From NCBI GenBank assembly GCA_965216315.1, contig CBDCFN010000016.1, positions 1,632,001 through 1,696,000 of the forward strand: DNA of 64,000 nt. Reading direction: 5' to 3'. Shown one piece after another: positions 39,273 through 48,670 of the stretch. Origin of the DNA: a bacterium. Lineage in GTDB: Bacteria; UBA10199; 2-02-FULL-50-16; JAJFLM01. The position numbers were made by a program, and so were the translations under genes. How positions within the stretch are numbered: position 1 is the stretch's first letter; every line of letters starts with the position of its first letter. The notes under the pieces are model-generated. The model was not told where the DNA came from. It saw only the letters and a program-made list of their open reading frames with translations, and searched no databases.

Positions 39273-40214
39273 ATGCTGGTGGCGCATATGCTCAATCTGG
39301 GCGTAAGGGGGCTCTTTGGGCTCTATTCCGCTCGCGCGGCCCATCGTCAGGCAGCGCCACTCGCGGATCCGATTGATGGGCGCTCCCTCCATCACTTTCG
39401 GGCCATGTGCCATCTGGAACCGGCTGAACCCTATCTCAATACTCTTCGATCGAATGGCTTCACGCCCCATGTCTTTCGGCTGGAAGGGAAAGAAGAAAAG
39501 TTCGTCCTCGATCAATGGCCCCTGACCAGTGTGCGCGCCATCGAGCGCTTTGCAAAGAACCCTGAATTAATCGGGGAAAATCCCATCTTTGTCGGTCATT
39601 CCGTCGGTGGTTTTACGGCTTATCTCTTGGGATGCATCGCGCAAGGAGTTGCGCTTGCAGATATTCACAGAGCGATTCCGGAGATCAGTGCCCTCTCCGC
39701 CTTGGGCGGAATCAGCGCTGATCAATACCGTGATCTGCAAGCGGCTCTCAGTACAGCCCTCTTTTTCAGTATTGGCACGCCCCACAATGGAATCTACCTC
39801 AGACGCTTCTTTCGCCCCTTTCATGACAAGATTATCGCACGCATTGATCCTCTTTTCATCAATGGCCTGCGCAGAGAACTCGTCCAAAGCGTTTATGAAC
39901 AAACCGGCCTAAAACCTGAGGCGGTAATGCATGGCCAAATGCTCAGCAAGACCTCCAGCTGGAATCTAAGCTGGAAACCGTGGGCATTCCCCTTTGAGTT
40001 CATGATGCAGCTGAATCTGCGCCTCTTTGCGCGTATTGCCGATTGCTCGGTCTACGACGGCGTGGCCCCCTGGTATTCCATCTACGTCGAAGACATTCCC
40101 GAACACGAAATTGTCGAACTCAACCACCTACGCATGGTGGAAACGCCGGAAGGCGGACAGCACCTCGTCAATCTCATTCAGAGAGCTGAAGTCAGTAGGA
40201 GTCCCTCCTCATAA
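39273..40214 (+). CDS. Alpha/beta hydrolase (lipase/esterase-like), paralogue B
   Basis: FVGHSVGG, SIGTPHNG, DGVAP, HL; colinear with 37492..38421. Confidence 0.75.
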   Translation: MLVAHMLNLGVRGLFGLYSARAAHRQAAPLADPIDGRSLHHFRAMCHLEPAEPYLNTLRSNGFTPHVFRLEGKEEKFVLDQWPLTSVRAIERFAKNPELIGENPIFVGHSVGGFTAYLLGCIAQGVALADIHRAIPEISALSALGGISADQYRDLQAALSTALFFSIGTPHNGIYLRRFFRPFHDKIIARIDPLFINGLRRELVQSVYEQTGLKPEAVMHGQMLSKTSSWNLSWKPWAFPFEFMMQLNLRLFARIADCSVYDGVAPWYSIYVEDIPEHEIVELNHLRMVETPEGGQHLVNLIQRAEVSRSPSS

Positions 40215-40253
40215 ACTCAGTTCGGACGACATGTCCGCAAACTATCGTATTCA

Positions 40254-40333
40254 TATTTATAAATTATATTGAATTTATAAATAGCCGCTGAAATTAATTT
40301 ATAAAATTAATCAATAATTTCAATTATTTATAA
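40254..40333. repeat. AT-rich block with a 12-bp inverted repeat and four ATTTATAA copies
   Basis: TATTTATAAATT-N6-AATTTATAAATA; ATTTATAA at 40255, 40273, 40297, 40326. Confidence 0.55.
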
Positions 40334-40396
40334 TTTTTTTATCAATGATAATCTATACTTCTGTATACATATTATTATACATTTTAGAATTTATTC

Positions 40397-40422
40397 GAAA
40401 CTTCCCGCAAGCGACCACCGAT
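40397..40422 (+). promoter_or_regulatory. Sigma-28-like promoter, copy 8
   Basis: GAAAC-N16-CCGAT(AA), spacer one base longer than the others. Confidence 0.5.
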
Positions 40423-40473
40423 AACTCCTATCGAACGCAAAAAACATTAACTGCACTTACAAGGAGGCCTATC

Positions 40474-40713
40474 ATGGCAAACCCAATTAATGGAAACAGT
40501 GGAAGCATAGCTGTAAAAATCGACGCGGCAAAAGCCGTTCAAAAAGTCCTTCAATGCAAGGACGGAGAGAGCCAGCTCTCACCCGTGTTTAATCAGACCT
40601 GCAAAGACATGGATAAAGTCCTTGAAAATCTGACGAAACCTCGGCCGAAGTCTCTAACCTTCAATCGCTTAGGCGGCCGATTTAGTCTTCGTTCGCGTTA
40701 CAAAGCACAATAA
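40474..40713 (+). CDS. Small hypothetical protein (79 aa)
   Basis: Strong SD AAGGAGG before ATG 40474, followed by a terminator. Confidence 0.65.
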   Translation: MANPINGNSGSIAVKIDAAKAVQKVLQCKDGESQLSPVFNQTCKDMDKVLENLTKPRPKSLTFNRLGGRFSLRSRYKAQ

Positions 40714-40772
40714 ACATCTTTAATACTTCAAAGATTGATTCCTTGAAGTGCACATAGGATGTACTGCATAGG

Positions 40773-40807
40773 TGGCCCCAGCCTCATGGTTGGGGCCATT
40801 TCTTTTT
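40773..40807 (+). terminator. Intrinsic terminator
   Basis: TGGCCCCAGCC-TCAT-GGTTGGGGCCA then TTTCTTTTT. Confidence 0.7.
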
Positions 40808-41042
40808 ATAAATCAGTGTGCGATCCGTCACAGTAAGGGGGATTATTGGTATGCTTACAACCGCACCAGGCGACTTTCTTTCCCTCTTCGAGCTTGATAA
40901 CGGTTGGTTTAAAGTCCGTCCCTTTATGTGAGCCATCACAAAAAGGTTGTGTCGCCGATCGCCCACAGGAGCACCAGGCATAATTTCCCGGCTCCATTTC
41001 CAGTACGTATGGACACTTTTGTGCGATTTTTGCCTCAGCCAT
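40806..41042 (-). CDS. CDGSH iron-sulfur domain protein (two motifs)
   Basis: WCSCGRS..PFCDGSH and WCGCKHT..PYCDGSH. Confidence 0.9.
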   Translation of the reverse strand: MAEAKIAQKCPYVLEMEPGNYAWCSCGRSATQPFCDGSHKGTDFKPTVIKLEEGKKVAWCGCKHTNNPPYCDGSHTDL

Positions 41043-41071
41043 TCGTTCCCTCCTCACTTTATTGATCTAAA

Positions 41072-42604
41072 TTAATCCTGCCGATCTAACCCTGCAAATT
41101 GAATCCCGGTCAGTTCGGCCACAGGTTTTTTCCATGTCGCAATATCATCCTGGTTGAATTGATCGAGATGATTATGGCCACAGGCACGCGCCATGACCTG
41201 CATTAGCTCCACCGAGGCGTTGAGAAAACGAGCCAAGCGTTCCGCCCCTTTATCTACCTTGAGACGCGCCCGTAATTCGGGCTTTTGTGTCGCCACACCA
41301 CTCGGACAATTATTGGTATGACACATGCGCGCGGCGATACATCCAATGGCTTGAATTCCCGAATTTGCTATGGCAATGCCATCGGCCCCGAGACAAAGGG
41401 CTTTAATAAAGTCGGCAGGAACGCGAAGCCCCCCCGTGATAATCAACGTTACATCCGAAATTTTATTCTTCTCTAAATAGCGACGTGCTCGAGCAAGGGC
41501 GGGGATCGTCGGGACAGAGATATGATCACGAAACAACAACGGAGCTGCCCCCGTTCCACCCCCACGTCCATCTAAAATAATATAGTCGGCACTCGCTTCA
41601 AGAGCGAAGGCAATGTCATCCTCAATATGGTTTGCCGAAAGCTTAAAACCGATCGGAATACCGCCGCTGACCTCGCGTACCCGATCTGCAAATTTCTTAA
41701 AATCAGCTGGCGTATGCAGGTCCTTAAACGTCGCCGGAGAGACTGCGGGCTCTCCTTCCGGCAGCTTGCGAACTTGAGCGATTTTACCAACTACCTTATT
41801 GCCCGGCAAATGTCCCCCTGTCCCCGTCTTCGCTCCCTGTCCGCCTTTAAAATGGAAGGCTTGCACCTTAGTAAGTAATTCCTCTTCATATCCAAACTGA
41901 GCCGAGGCCAGTTCATAGAGATAGCGCTGATTCGCTTGTTGCTCTTCCGGCAACATGCCCCCTTCACCGGAGCAGATCCCCGTACCCGCCAGTTCGGCCC
42001 CGCGAGCAAGTGCCGTTTTGGCCTCTTCTGAAAGCGCTCCAAAGCTCATATCCGAAATGAACAGGGGAAGTTTCAGGACCAAAGGCTTCTTAGCCCGCGG
42101 TCCAATGACAAGTTCAGTCCCTACAGTCACATTATCCAGTAGAGGCTGCGTCGCCAGTTGTCCCGGCAACAATTGAATATCATCCCATTGAGGAAGAAAA
42201 GTCCGTGGCACCCCCATTGCTCCGATCTCTCCATGATACCCCGTCTTTTCAAGCCCGTTGCGGGCCAGTTCATGGATAAACTCAACCGTCGGCTCTTCCG
42301 GAGTCGCCCGGGCCGCTAGATGATCGCCTGATGATTCAGGGCTGGGACCCGCATCCGCCTTAAGTGTCGCATGCGTGCCATCGCAGTAAGGCGCATTAGC
42401 GGTGTGCTTGCACTGACAGAGGGCTACTTTATCGGATTTTTCAGCCGTGAACTTTTGCGGTGTAAAGGAGGTCCCCCGATGGGAACCATCACAAAAAGGT
42501 TGCGATTGGGAACGGCCACAACGACACCAATAATAATCTTTGCCCGCTTCTAGCTCAACCATGATCGGCTTACGCGCGGCGACTACCGGTAGATCTTCAT
42601 CCAT
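41072..42604 (-). CDS. FMN-binding glutamate synthase-related protein with N-terminal CDGSH domains
   Basis: Two CDGSH motifs, MSFGALS, GQGAKTGTGGHLPG, DGRGGGTGAAP, CxxxxxCxxxxC. Confidence 0.9.
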   Translation of the reverse strand: MDEDLPVVAARKPIMVELEAGKDYYWCRCGRSQSQPFCDGSHRGTSFTPQKFTAEKSDKVALCQCKHTANAPYCDGTHATLKADAGPSPESSGDHLAARATPEEPTVEFIHELARNGLEKTGYHGEIGAMGVPRTFLPQWDDIQLLPGQLATQPLLDNVTVGTELVIGPRAKKPLVLKLPLFISDMSFGALSEEAKTALARGAELAGTGICSGEGGMLPEEQQANQRYLYELASAQFGYEEELLTKVQAFHFKGGQGAKTGTGGHLPGNKVVGKIAQVRKLPEGEPAVSPATFKDLHTPADFKKFADRVREVSGGIPIGFKLSANHIEDDIAFALEASADYIILDGRGGGTGAAPLLFRDHISVPTIPALARARRYLEKNKISDVTLIITGGLRVPADFIKALCLGADGIAIANSGIQAIGCIAARMCHTNNCPSGVATQKPELRARLKVDKGAERLARFLNASVELMQVMARACGHNHLDQFNQDDIATWKKPVAELTGIQFAGLDRQD

Positions 42605-42633
42605 TGTCTACAGCTCCTCCCCATCAATTTAGT

Positions 42634-43329
42634 TCAGATCAAGTCAAATAGCAGAAATTCGGCCTCTTGTCTCGCTTCAATCGAGATGAATTGCTCCTCT
42701 GACACCGCGAGTCCGTCACCTGCACCCAAAGCCAATCCATTGACCTCAATCGCTCCCGTAATCATCTGCAACCATCCATGGCGACATTCCTCAAGCTCGT
42801 AGGAACAGCTCTGATCGCGTTGCATAACCGATGCAAAAAGTTTTACATCTTGGTGAATTCTAATTGAATCAGCCTCTCCCGACCCTGACACAATAAGTCT
42901 CAGCTGATTTAACTTGTCCTCTCGAGTGAAAGATTTTTGATCATAACGAGGAGCAAGGGCCTTAGCATTCGGTAGGATCCAAATTTGTAATAAATGCGTT
43001 TCTGCTTGCGAATCATTCATCTCACTGTGAACAACGCCAGACCCTGCACTCATGTATTGAACATCACCTGAATGGATCGTCGACCCATTACCCATATTAT
43101 CCCGATGAGACAGTGCCCCGGTAATGACATAGGTAATAATTTCCATATCAAGATGCGGATGCTGTCCAAACCCACGCTGCGGACTTATTCTGTCCTCATT
43201 GATAACTCGCAATGTATGGAAACCCATATTTTGAGGATCATAGTAATCTGCAAAAGAAAAAGAATAGGCTGTCTTCAACCAACCATAATCAAAAATACCC
43301 CTATCCTCCGCCTTTCTAACCGTGAGCAT
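42634..43329 (-). CDS. Pirin family protein (YhhW-like)
   Basis: LRVINED, HPHLDMEI, MSAGSGVVHSE, LLQIWI. Confidence 0.92.
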   Translation of the reverse strand: MLTVRKAEDRGIFDYGWLKTAYSFSFADYYDPQNMGFHTLRVINEDRISPQRGFGQHPHLDMEIITYVITGALSHRDNMGNGSTIHSGDVQYMSAGSGVVHSEMNDSQAETHLLQIWILPNAKALAPRYDQKSFTREDKLNQLRLIVSGSGEADSIRIHQDVKLFASVMQRDQSCSYELEECRHGWLQMITGAIEVNGLALGAGDGLAVSEEQFISIEARQEAEFLLFDLI

Positions 43330-43460
43330 TCGCTATCCCCCTTCGGCTCCTATGAGTTCGGGATAGTACTCCTTTCTCATACTCATGCAATAGTCTCGTA
43401 GTTTTGGGTCCTGCATTAATTCCCCTTGGACATTTTTAAAAACCTGGGCATATTAAATTA

Positions 43461-43859
43461 ATGAATCATCCAGTCGTTCTCTTTGACGGTGTTTGCAATT
43501 TCTGTAACGCCAGTGTCAATTTCATCATCAAGAGAGATCCTAAGCACCTCTTTCGCTTCGCCGCCTTGCAATCGGACGCAGGCATAAAACTCTTAACCCA
43601 GCTTGGACTCTCAACAACTTCAATAGATACTATCGTCTTAGTTATCGGTGACCAATATTACACCAGATCATCGGCCGCCTTGCGGATCGCTCGACGCCTC
43701 TCCGGGCTGTGGCCCCTTCTCTTTGGATTTATTATCGTACCTGCCTTCATTCGCGATGCCCTCTACAACTTGATCGCGCGCCACAGATACAATTGGTTTG
43801 GCAAACAGGATACTTGTATGGTTCCCACCCCTGAAGTCAGGTCACGGTTTTTAGACTAA
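43461..43859 (+). CDS. DCC1-like thiol-disulfide oxidoreductase (YuxK family)
   Basis: FDGVCNFC, FAALQS, RYNWFG. Confidence 0.9.
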   Translation: MNHPVVLFDGVCNFCNASVNFIIKRDPKHLFRFAALQSDAGIKLLTQLGLSTTSIDTIVLVIGDQYYTRSSAALRIARRLSGLWPLLFGFIIVPAFIRDALYNLIARHRYNWFGKQDTCMVPTPEVRSRFLD

Positions 43860-44114
43860 CCCATACTTGAGTCCTAATAAAATAAGGTACCCTATCGTTA
43901 CAACAACAGGAATAATCGTATATCCAATAATATGTATCTTATTGGTTCGAATTTCTTCAGCGGGAATTTTAGAAAATATCTTCTTGCCGAAATTAGGATT
44001 CATCCGTCCATAGATACTCAGCACGGAATATACCAACAAACCGATTCCGACCAAAACCTGACCCCAAAGTGGCATTTGGTCGACGAGACCCTGCAGCTGT
44101 CTTAAGGTTTTCAT
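43851..44114 (-). CDS. Small membrane protein
   Basis: Two hydrophobic segments. Confidence 0.55.
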   Translation of the reverse strand: MKTLRQLQGLVDQMPLWGQVLVGIGLLVYSVLSIYGRMNPNFGKKIFSKIPAEEIRTNKIHIIGYTIIPVVVTIGYLILLGLKYGLV

Positions 44115-44141
44115 CTCACTCGCATTATATAGACGAAACGA

Positions 44142-44354
44142 CTATCCGGTCGCTTCTGGTCGACTCTGCGCAGTGGAACCACCCGACACGGCCCAGATAA
44201 TACCGCCTACAACAATCATAGCCCCACGAATCACCCAACCTACGGTAGGACCCCAGTTTTCAATCCACATTAAGAGTTTAAATTCATAGTTGAAAAAATG
44301 GAGAGCGATCGAACCGACCCCCATGATGACGAGAAAAGAACCAATGCTTCGCAT
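44142..44354 (-). CDS. Small membrane protein
   Basis: SD GGAGG, two TM segments, LLMWIENWG. Confidence 0.65.
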   Translation of the reverse strand: MRSIGSFLVIMGVGSIALHFFNYEFKLLMWIENWGPTVGWVIRGAMIVVGGIIWAVSGGSTAQSRPEATG

Positions 44355-44472
44355 AGTAGCCTCCCTATGCCTATTCCAGACCTTAATCAGTGCAACAAGT
44401 CAAGATGATAGCCTGAACGGAAATTCATCATCTCATTTAACATATTAAGATTATTAAAAAAATTGAGTCGGA

Positions 44473-45450
44473 CTAGGTTGAACCCTCGAGTTTCGGCGCG
44501 GGCCTCCGATGCGGCTCTTCAAGATTAATCTCCGGACCAAGGGGAACAATCCCCGTTGGATTGATTGAGAGGTGACTCCGATAATAGTGAGATTTGATAT
44601 GCTGTAAATTGCACGTCTCTTTGACTCCCGGCACTTGATAAATAGCCTTTAAATAATCATAAAGATTAGGATAGTCGCTGATACGTCTTAGATTGCATTT
44701 AAAGTGACTATAATAGACAGGATCAAAACGAAACAAGGTTGTAAAGAGTCTGATATCCGCTTCGGTCAAGCGGTCACCACATAAATAGTTCTGTTCTTCA
44801 AGAGTCGCCTCAAGCTTATCCAATGTCTCAAATAAACTACGCACACCTTCCTCGTAGGCCTCTTGAGTCGTCGCAAAACCGGCACGATAGACCCCATTGT
44901 TGACGTACTCATAAACGTCATCATTGATGGAATCAATCTGCTCACGAAGCGTCTCCGGATAAAAATCAATCTTTGACCCAGCCGTTTCGTTAAAAGCAGT
45001 ATTGAGGATGCGGATAATCTCAGCCGACTCATTATTAACAATGGTATGACGCTGCTTATCCCAAAGCACAGGTACGGTAACGCGCCCTGTATAATCTGCT
45101 TGCGCCTTCAAATAAATCTCATAGAGAAATTCGCATCCATTAACTGTATCCGGAATGCCGCCGTCTTCCGAATGAAAGCTCCAGCCGTTTTCGCTCATCA
45201 ATGAATTGACAACCGACACCGATATGGTCTCTTCCAGGCCCTTCAACTTGCGCACAATCAAGGTGCGGTGCGCCCACGGGCATGCTAACGAAACATACAA
45301 ATGGTATCGACCTGGCTCTGCTGGAAACTTGGATGAGGGAACGGGGGAAATAGAATCTCTAAATTGGGTGGGTTCGCGAACAAATCGGCCTTTGGTCGAC
45401 TTAGTATCATACCATGCGTTCGTCCACTGCCCGCCGACAAGCATTCCCAC
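44473..45450 (-). CDS. yqjG: Glutathionyl-hydroquinone reductase (GST Xi class)
   Basis: YVSLACPWAHR, TVPVLWD, NNGVYRAGFA, HYYRSH. Confidence 0.92.
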   Translation of the reverse strand: MGMLVGGQWTNAWYDTKSTKGRFVREPTQFRDSISPVPSSKFPAEPGRYHLYVSLACPWAHRTLIVRKLKGLEETISVSVVNSLMSENGWSFHSEDGGIPDTVNGCEFLYEIYLKAQADYTGRVTVPVLWDKQRHTIVNNESAEIIRILNTAFNETAGSKIDFYPETLREQIDSINDDVYEYVNNGVYRAGFATTQEAYEEGVRSLFETLDKLEATLEEQNYLCGDRLTEADIRLFTTLFRFDPVYYSHFKCNLRRISDYPNLYDYLKAIYQVPGVKETCNLQHIKSHYYRSHLSINPTGIVPLGPEINLEEPHRRPAPKLEGST

Positions 45451-45455
45451 GACAA

Positions 45456-47084
45456 CTACGCCGCGATGAGTCCGGCATGAAATTGCTGTTCCAACAATTT
45501 CCCTTCCGCCGTATTCGTAAATTGCTTAAAGTTGTCGATGAATTTCCTTGCCAGTAGATTCAAGGTGCGATCATACTCCTCTTTATCAGCCCACGTGTTC
45601 CGTGGATTAAGCACTTTTGAATCGACACCTTCGATAGCTGTGGGGATTTGCAGATTAAAGGTGGGAAAAACCTCATACTCTGCATTTGCAAGTGAACCGT
45701 CGAGTATACTGTCAATAATTTTGCGGGTGCCCTTTAAGTCGAGACGCTGACCTACACCATATTGACCGCCCGTCCACCCCGTATTCACCAGGTAAGCCTC
45801 CGCTCCATGCTCCTCTAGCTTCTTGCCAAGTATTTCTGCATAACGCGTTGGATGTTGAAGTAAGAACGGATGCCCAAAACAGGCAGAAAAAGTTGCTACC
45901 GGCTCCTTAATCCCCAGCTCGGTTCCGGCGACCTTAGCTGTATACCCGCTAAGAAACTGGTACATCGCCTGCGCTTTGGATAATTTGGAAACAGGAGGCA
46001 AGACGCCATAGGCATCACAGGTCAGAAAAATAACCCGCTTTGGATGAGTTCCCTTTGAAACCGGCTTCACAATATTTTCAATGTGATAGATAGGATAAGA
46101 TACGCGCGTGTTCTGAGTCTTGGCGCTCGATTCAAAGTCCACACGACCAGATTCATCAACCACGACATTCTCTAATAAAGCATTACGCTTGATGGCGTCA
46201 TATATATCGGGTTCTTTATCGCGCGAAAGGTCGATCGTTTTAGCGTAACAACCCCCTTCAAGATTGAAAACCCCCTCGTTATCCCAGCCATGCTCATCAT
46301 CACCAATAAGCTTACGCTTAGGATCCGTCGACAGCGTCGTTTTTCCCGTACCTGACAGGCCGAAAAAGAGCGCCGTATCCCCATCGGCCCCCATATTGGC
46401 CGAACAATGGAACGAACCAATGCCTTTAAGCGGCAGAAAATAGTTCATGATCGAGAAGATGCCTTTTTTGATTTCGCCGCCGTACCATGTCCCACCAATA
46501 ACCGTCGTTCTCTCTTCGAGATTAAAGGCGACATAATTTTCGGAATTGAGACCATAATCTTTAAAATCTTTGCAGGTGGTCTTACAGGCGTTCAAAATAG
46601 TCCAATCAGGCTTAAAGCAAGCCAGTTCTTCATCAGAGGGGCGAATGAACATATTTTTAAAGAAATGGGCCATCCAAGCAACCTCTGTCACCAGCCTCAC
46701 TGACAAACGCGTATCCGGATCAGCGCCACAATATCCGTCCATCACGTACAACTGTTTCCCAGATAATTGCTTAACGGATATCTCTTTGAGATGAGCCCAG
46801 GTTTTGAGATTGATCGGCTTATTATCGGAACCGTCCTTCGCCCACCAAACCTTGTCTTTGTTGGTCTCACTTTTGACTATGTATTTATCACGTGGGGAAC
46901 GTCCCGTGAACTTCCCCGTATCCACCGCAACAGCCCCTAACTCGGTTACAACCCCTCGATCATACCCAGTCAGTGAGGGATCGATCTCTTTTTCAAAAAG
47001 TTCTTCGTAAGAGCAATTATGATCGATATGGGTACAGTCCTGTATCCCCAATTGGGCCAGGTCATTTGTCGAAAAAGTAGTCAT
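45456..47084 (-). CDS. pckA: Phosphoenolpyruvate carboxykinase (ATP)
   Basis: [38 protein letters not shown]. Confidence 0.97.
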   Translation of the reverse strand: MTTFSTNDLAQLGIQDCTHIDHNCSYEELFEKEIDPSLTGYDRGVVTELGAVAVDTGKFTGRSPRDKYIVKSETNKDKVWWAKDGSDNKPINLKTWAHLKEISVKQLSGKQLYVMDGYCGADPDTRLSVRLVTEVAWMAHFFKNMFIRPSDEELACFKPDWTILNACKTTCKDFKDYGLNSENYVAFNLEERTTVIGGTWYGGEIKKGIFSIMNYFLPLKGIGSFHCSANMGADGDTALFFGLSGTGKTTLSTDPKRKLIGDDEHGWDNEGVFNLEGGCYAKTIDLSRDKEPDIYDAIKRNALLENVVVDESGRVDFESSAKTQNTRVSYPIYHIENIVKPVSKGTHPKRVIFLTCDAYGVLPPVSKLSKAQAMYQFLSGYTAKVAGTELGIKEPVATFSACFGHPFLLQHPTRYAEILGKKLEEHGAEAYLVNTGWTGGQYGVGQRLDLKGTRKIIDSILDGSLANAEYEVFPTFNLQIPTAIEGVDSKVLNPRNTWADKEEYDRTLNLLARKFIDNFKQFTNTAEGKLLEQQFHAGLIAA

Positions 47085-47324
47085 CTCGCCTTCCAACCTC
47101 CCTCACCGTGAGAATTGATATTCAGCCTCTTAAACCCTCGCCTGACATACTGATTTCATCAGGTCAAGAAAGTTTGCGGAAGCGAGCCTCCCCCTAAACA
47201 TTAGCTATGTAACTATCTGTTTTATATAAAGAATATCATGCATCCCCGCGAAAGCAAGATTCAATTTTCCTTCAAAGCCCTGATTTGATATGCAGAGATT
47301 CGCTATTTATGAAAGGAGCGCCCG

Positions 47325-47948
47325 ATGAAACCGATCTATGCTAAAGCCTGGATGCTATTAATCCCCTTACTTCTCGCCTTTTCGCCTTGCGATTCGCTAA
47401 CCGGCAAGGACAGCCCCAAAGAGGAACCAAAAGAAAGTGCCGTCAAAGATACGACACCAAAGCCATCGATCGCGCTAGCTAAAAATAGCTTTACTCCAGG
47501 AGAATCGGTTACCGTTCAGTATGTTGCCTTACCTTCTTATGCTGAAAACGCCTGGATCGGTATTATCCCTTCGAACGTCAGTCACGGCAGTGAGAGCCAG
47601 AACGATCAGCATGATATAAGTTACCAGTATTTAAAAAAGAGCACTTCGGGAAGTATGACCTTCCGCGCTCCTAATCAACCTGGAACTTATGATTTCCGCA
47701 TGCACGATACGGACAACAACGGAATCGAGGTCGCTTCCGTAACTTTTACCGTTGAAGGAGATCCAGCAGCACCTCAGCCTACAGGCTTTGTCGTCGGCGA
47801 CGCGGTCATGGTCGAATGGAAGGGTCGTTGGTGGCCAGCACGAGTCATTAGTCTCCGCAATGGTACTACCCCATACAAGATTCATTATGATGGCTACAGC
47901 AATTCATGGGACGAATGGATTGGCGATGCGCGCATACGCAAACGCTAG
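47325..47948 (+). CDS. Exported protein with beta-sandwich-like domain and C-terminal Agenet/Tudor-like domain
   Basis: Signal peptide; VEWKGRWWPARV..YKIHYDGYSNSWDEW. Confidence 0.7.
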   Translation: MKPIYAKAWMLLIPLLLAFSPCDSLTGKDSPKEEPKESAVKDTTPKPSIALAKNSFTPGESVTVQYVALPSYAENAWIGIIPSNVSHGSESQNDQHDISYQYLKKSTSGSMTFRAPNQPGTYDFRMHDTDNNGIEVASVTFTVEGDPAAPQPTGFVVGDAVMVEWKGRWWPARVISLRNGTTPYKIHYDGYSNSWDEWIGDARIRKR

Positions 47949-48665
47949 CTATTCAATTTGAATACCGATTTCTTTGAGTTCATTTTTTATCAGCGCATCC
48001 CAGCCTCGGTTCGACTTAGGATTTGCGGGGCTGGGATGACTGATATAGGAAATAGTCCCTGAAAAATCAGTCAAGGCCTCTTGAGCACGCTTCTCTGCAT
48101 AGCGCCCTACCCCAATGAGGTATTTCGGCTGGAGGATATCTACGGTTTGAACCAGGGCCTGTCCGCAGATCTCACTGATTTGTCGCTGTTGTACTTTAGG
48201 CAAGACTTCCGGCGTCAGATTGCGCCCGGTGTCGTGCAAAAACAGCAAAGGACAATAGTTGATCACCAAAAACCGCTTAAAAAAGGCATCTGGCGTTTCA
48301 AACTGCTCACGTGCCCATCCCCAAAGCCGCTTTCCACTGACTTCGCTGCGCTTGCAGGCAAAGCCATCCACCGGCTTTTTGGGATGAAGCCGGGACGGCT
48401 GTCCCACCGGAGCTTCTACCTGCAGCCAATCGCGCACGAAACTCACTTCACCAAAAGGAATGCCCGTTTGCGCCATCCCCCAAGGGCCGGGATTCATCCC
48501 GAGCAACAAGGCCTCCTTAGGGCCTTGCGCATACTTATTGAGATAGAGGTTCCAAGGCTCGCGCGCATACTCCAGCGGGTTATACACATAGGCCACGGGA
48601 TCTGAAAATTTCAGGGAATGCAGACGCTCTTGGAGTTGGTCGAAAATGGCTGTAAGCTGTGACAT
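47949..48665 (-). CDS. SMUG1-type uracil-DNA glycosylase
   Basis: GMNPGPWGMAQTGIPFG, SEVSGKRLW, NYCPL, HPSPANP. Confidence 0.92.
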   Translation of the reverse strand: MSQLTAIFDQLQERLHSLKFSDPVAYVYNPLEYAREPWNLYLNKYAQGPKEALLLGMNPGPWGMAQTGIPFGEVSFVRDWLQVEAPVGQPSRLHPKKPVDGFACKRSEVSGKRLWGWAREQFETPDAFFKRFLVINYCPLLFLHDTGRNLTPEVLPKVQQRQISEICGQALVQTVDILQPKYLIGVGRYAEKRAQEALTDFSGTISYISHPSPANPKSNRGWDALIKNELKEIGIQIE

Positions 48666-48670
48666 AGTGA

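Noticed and set aside
40345..40473. N-terminal extension of the 122-aa ORF
   Set aside because: Runs through AT-rich promoter DNA; the strong SD supports ATG 40474
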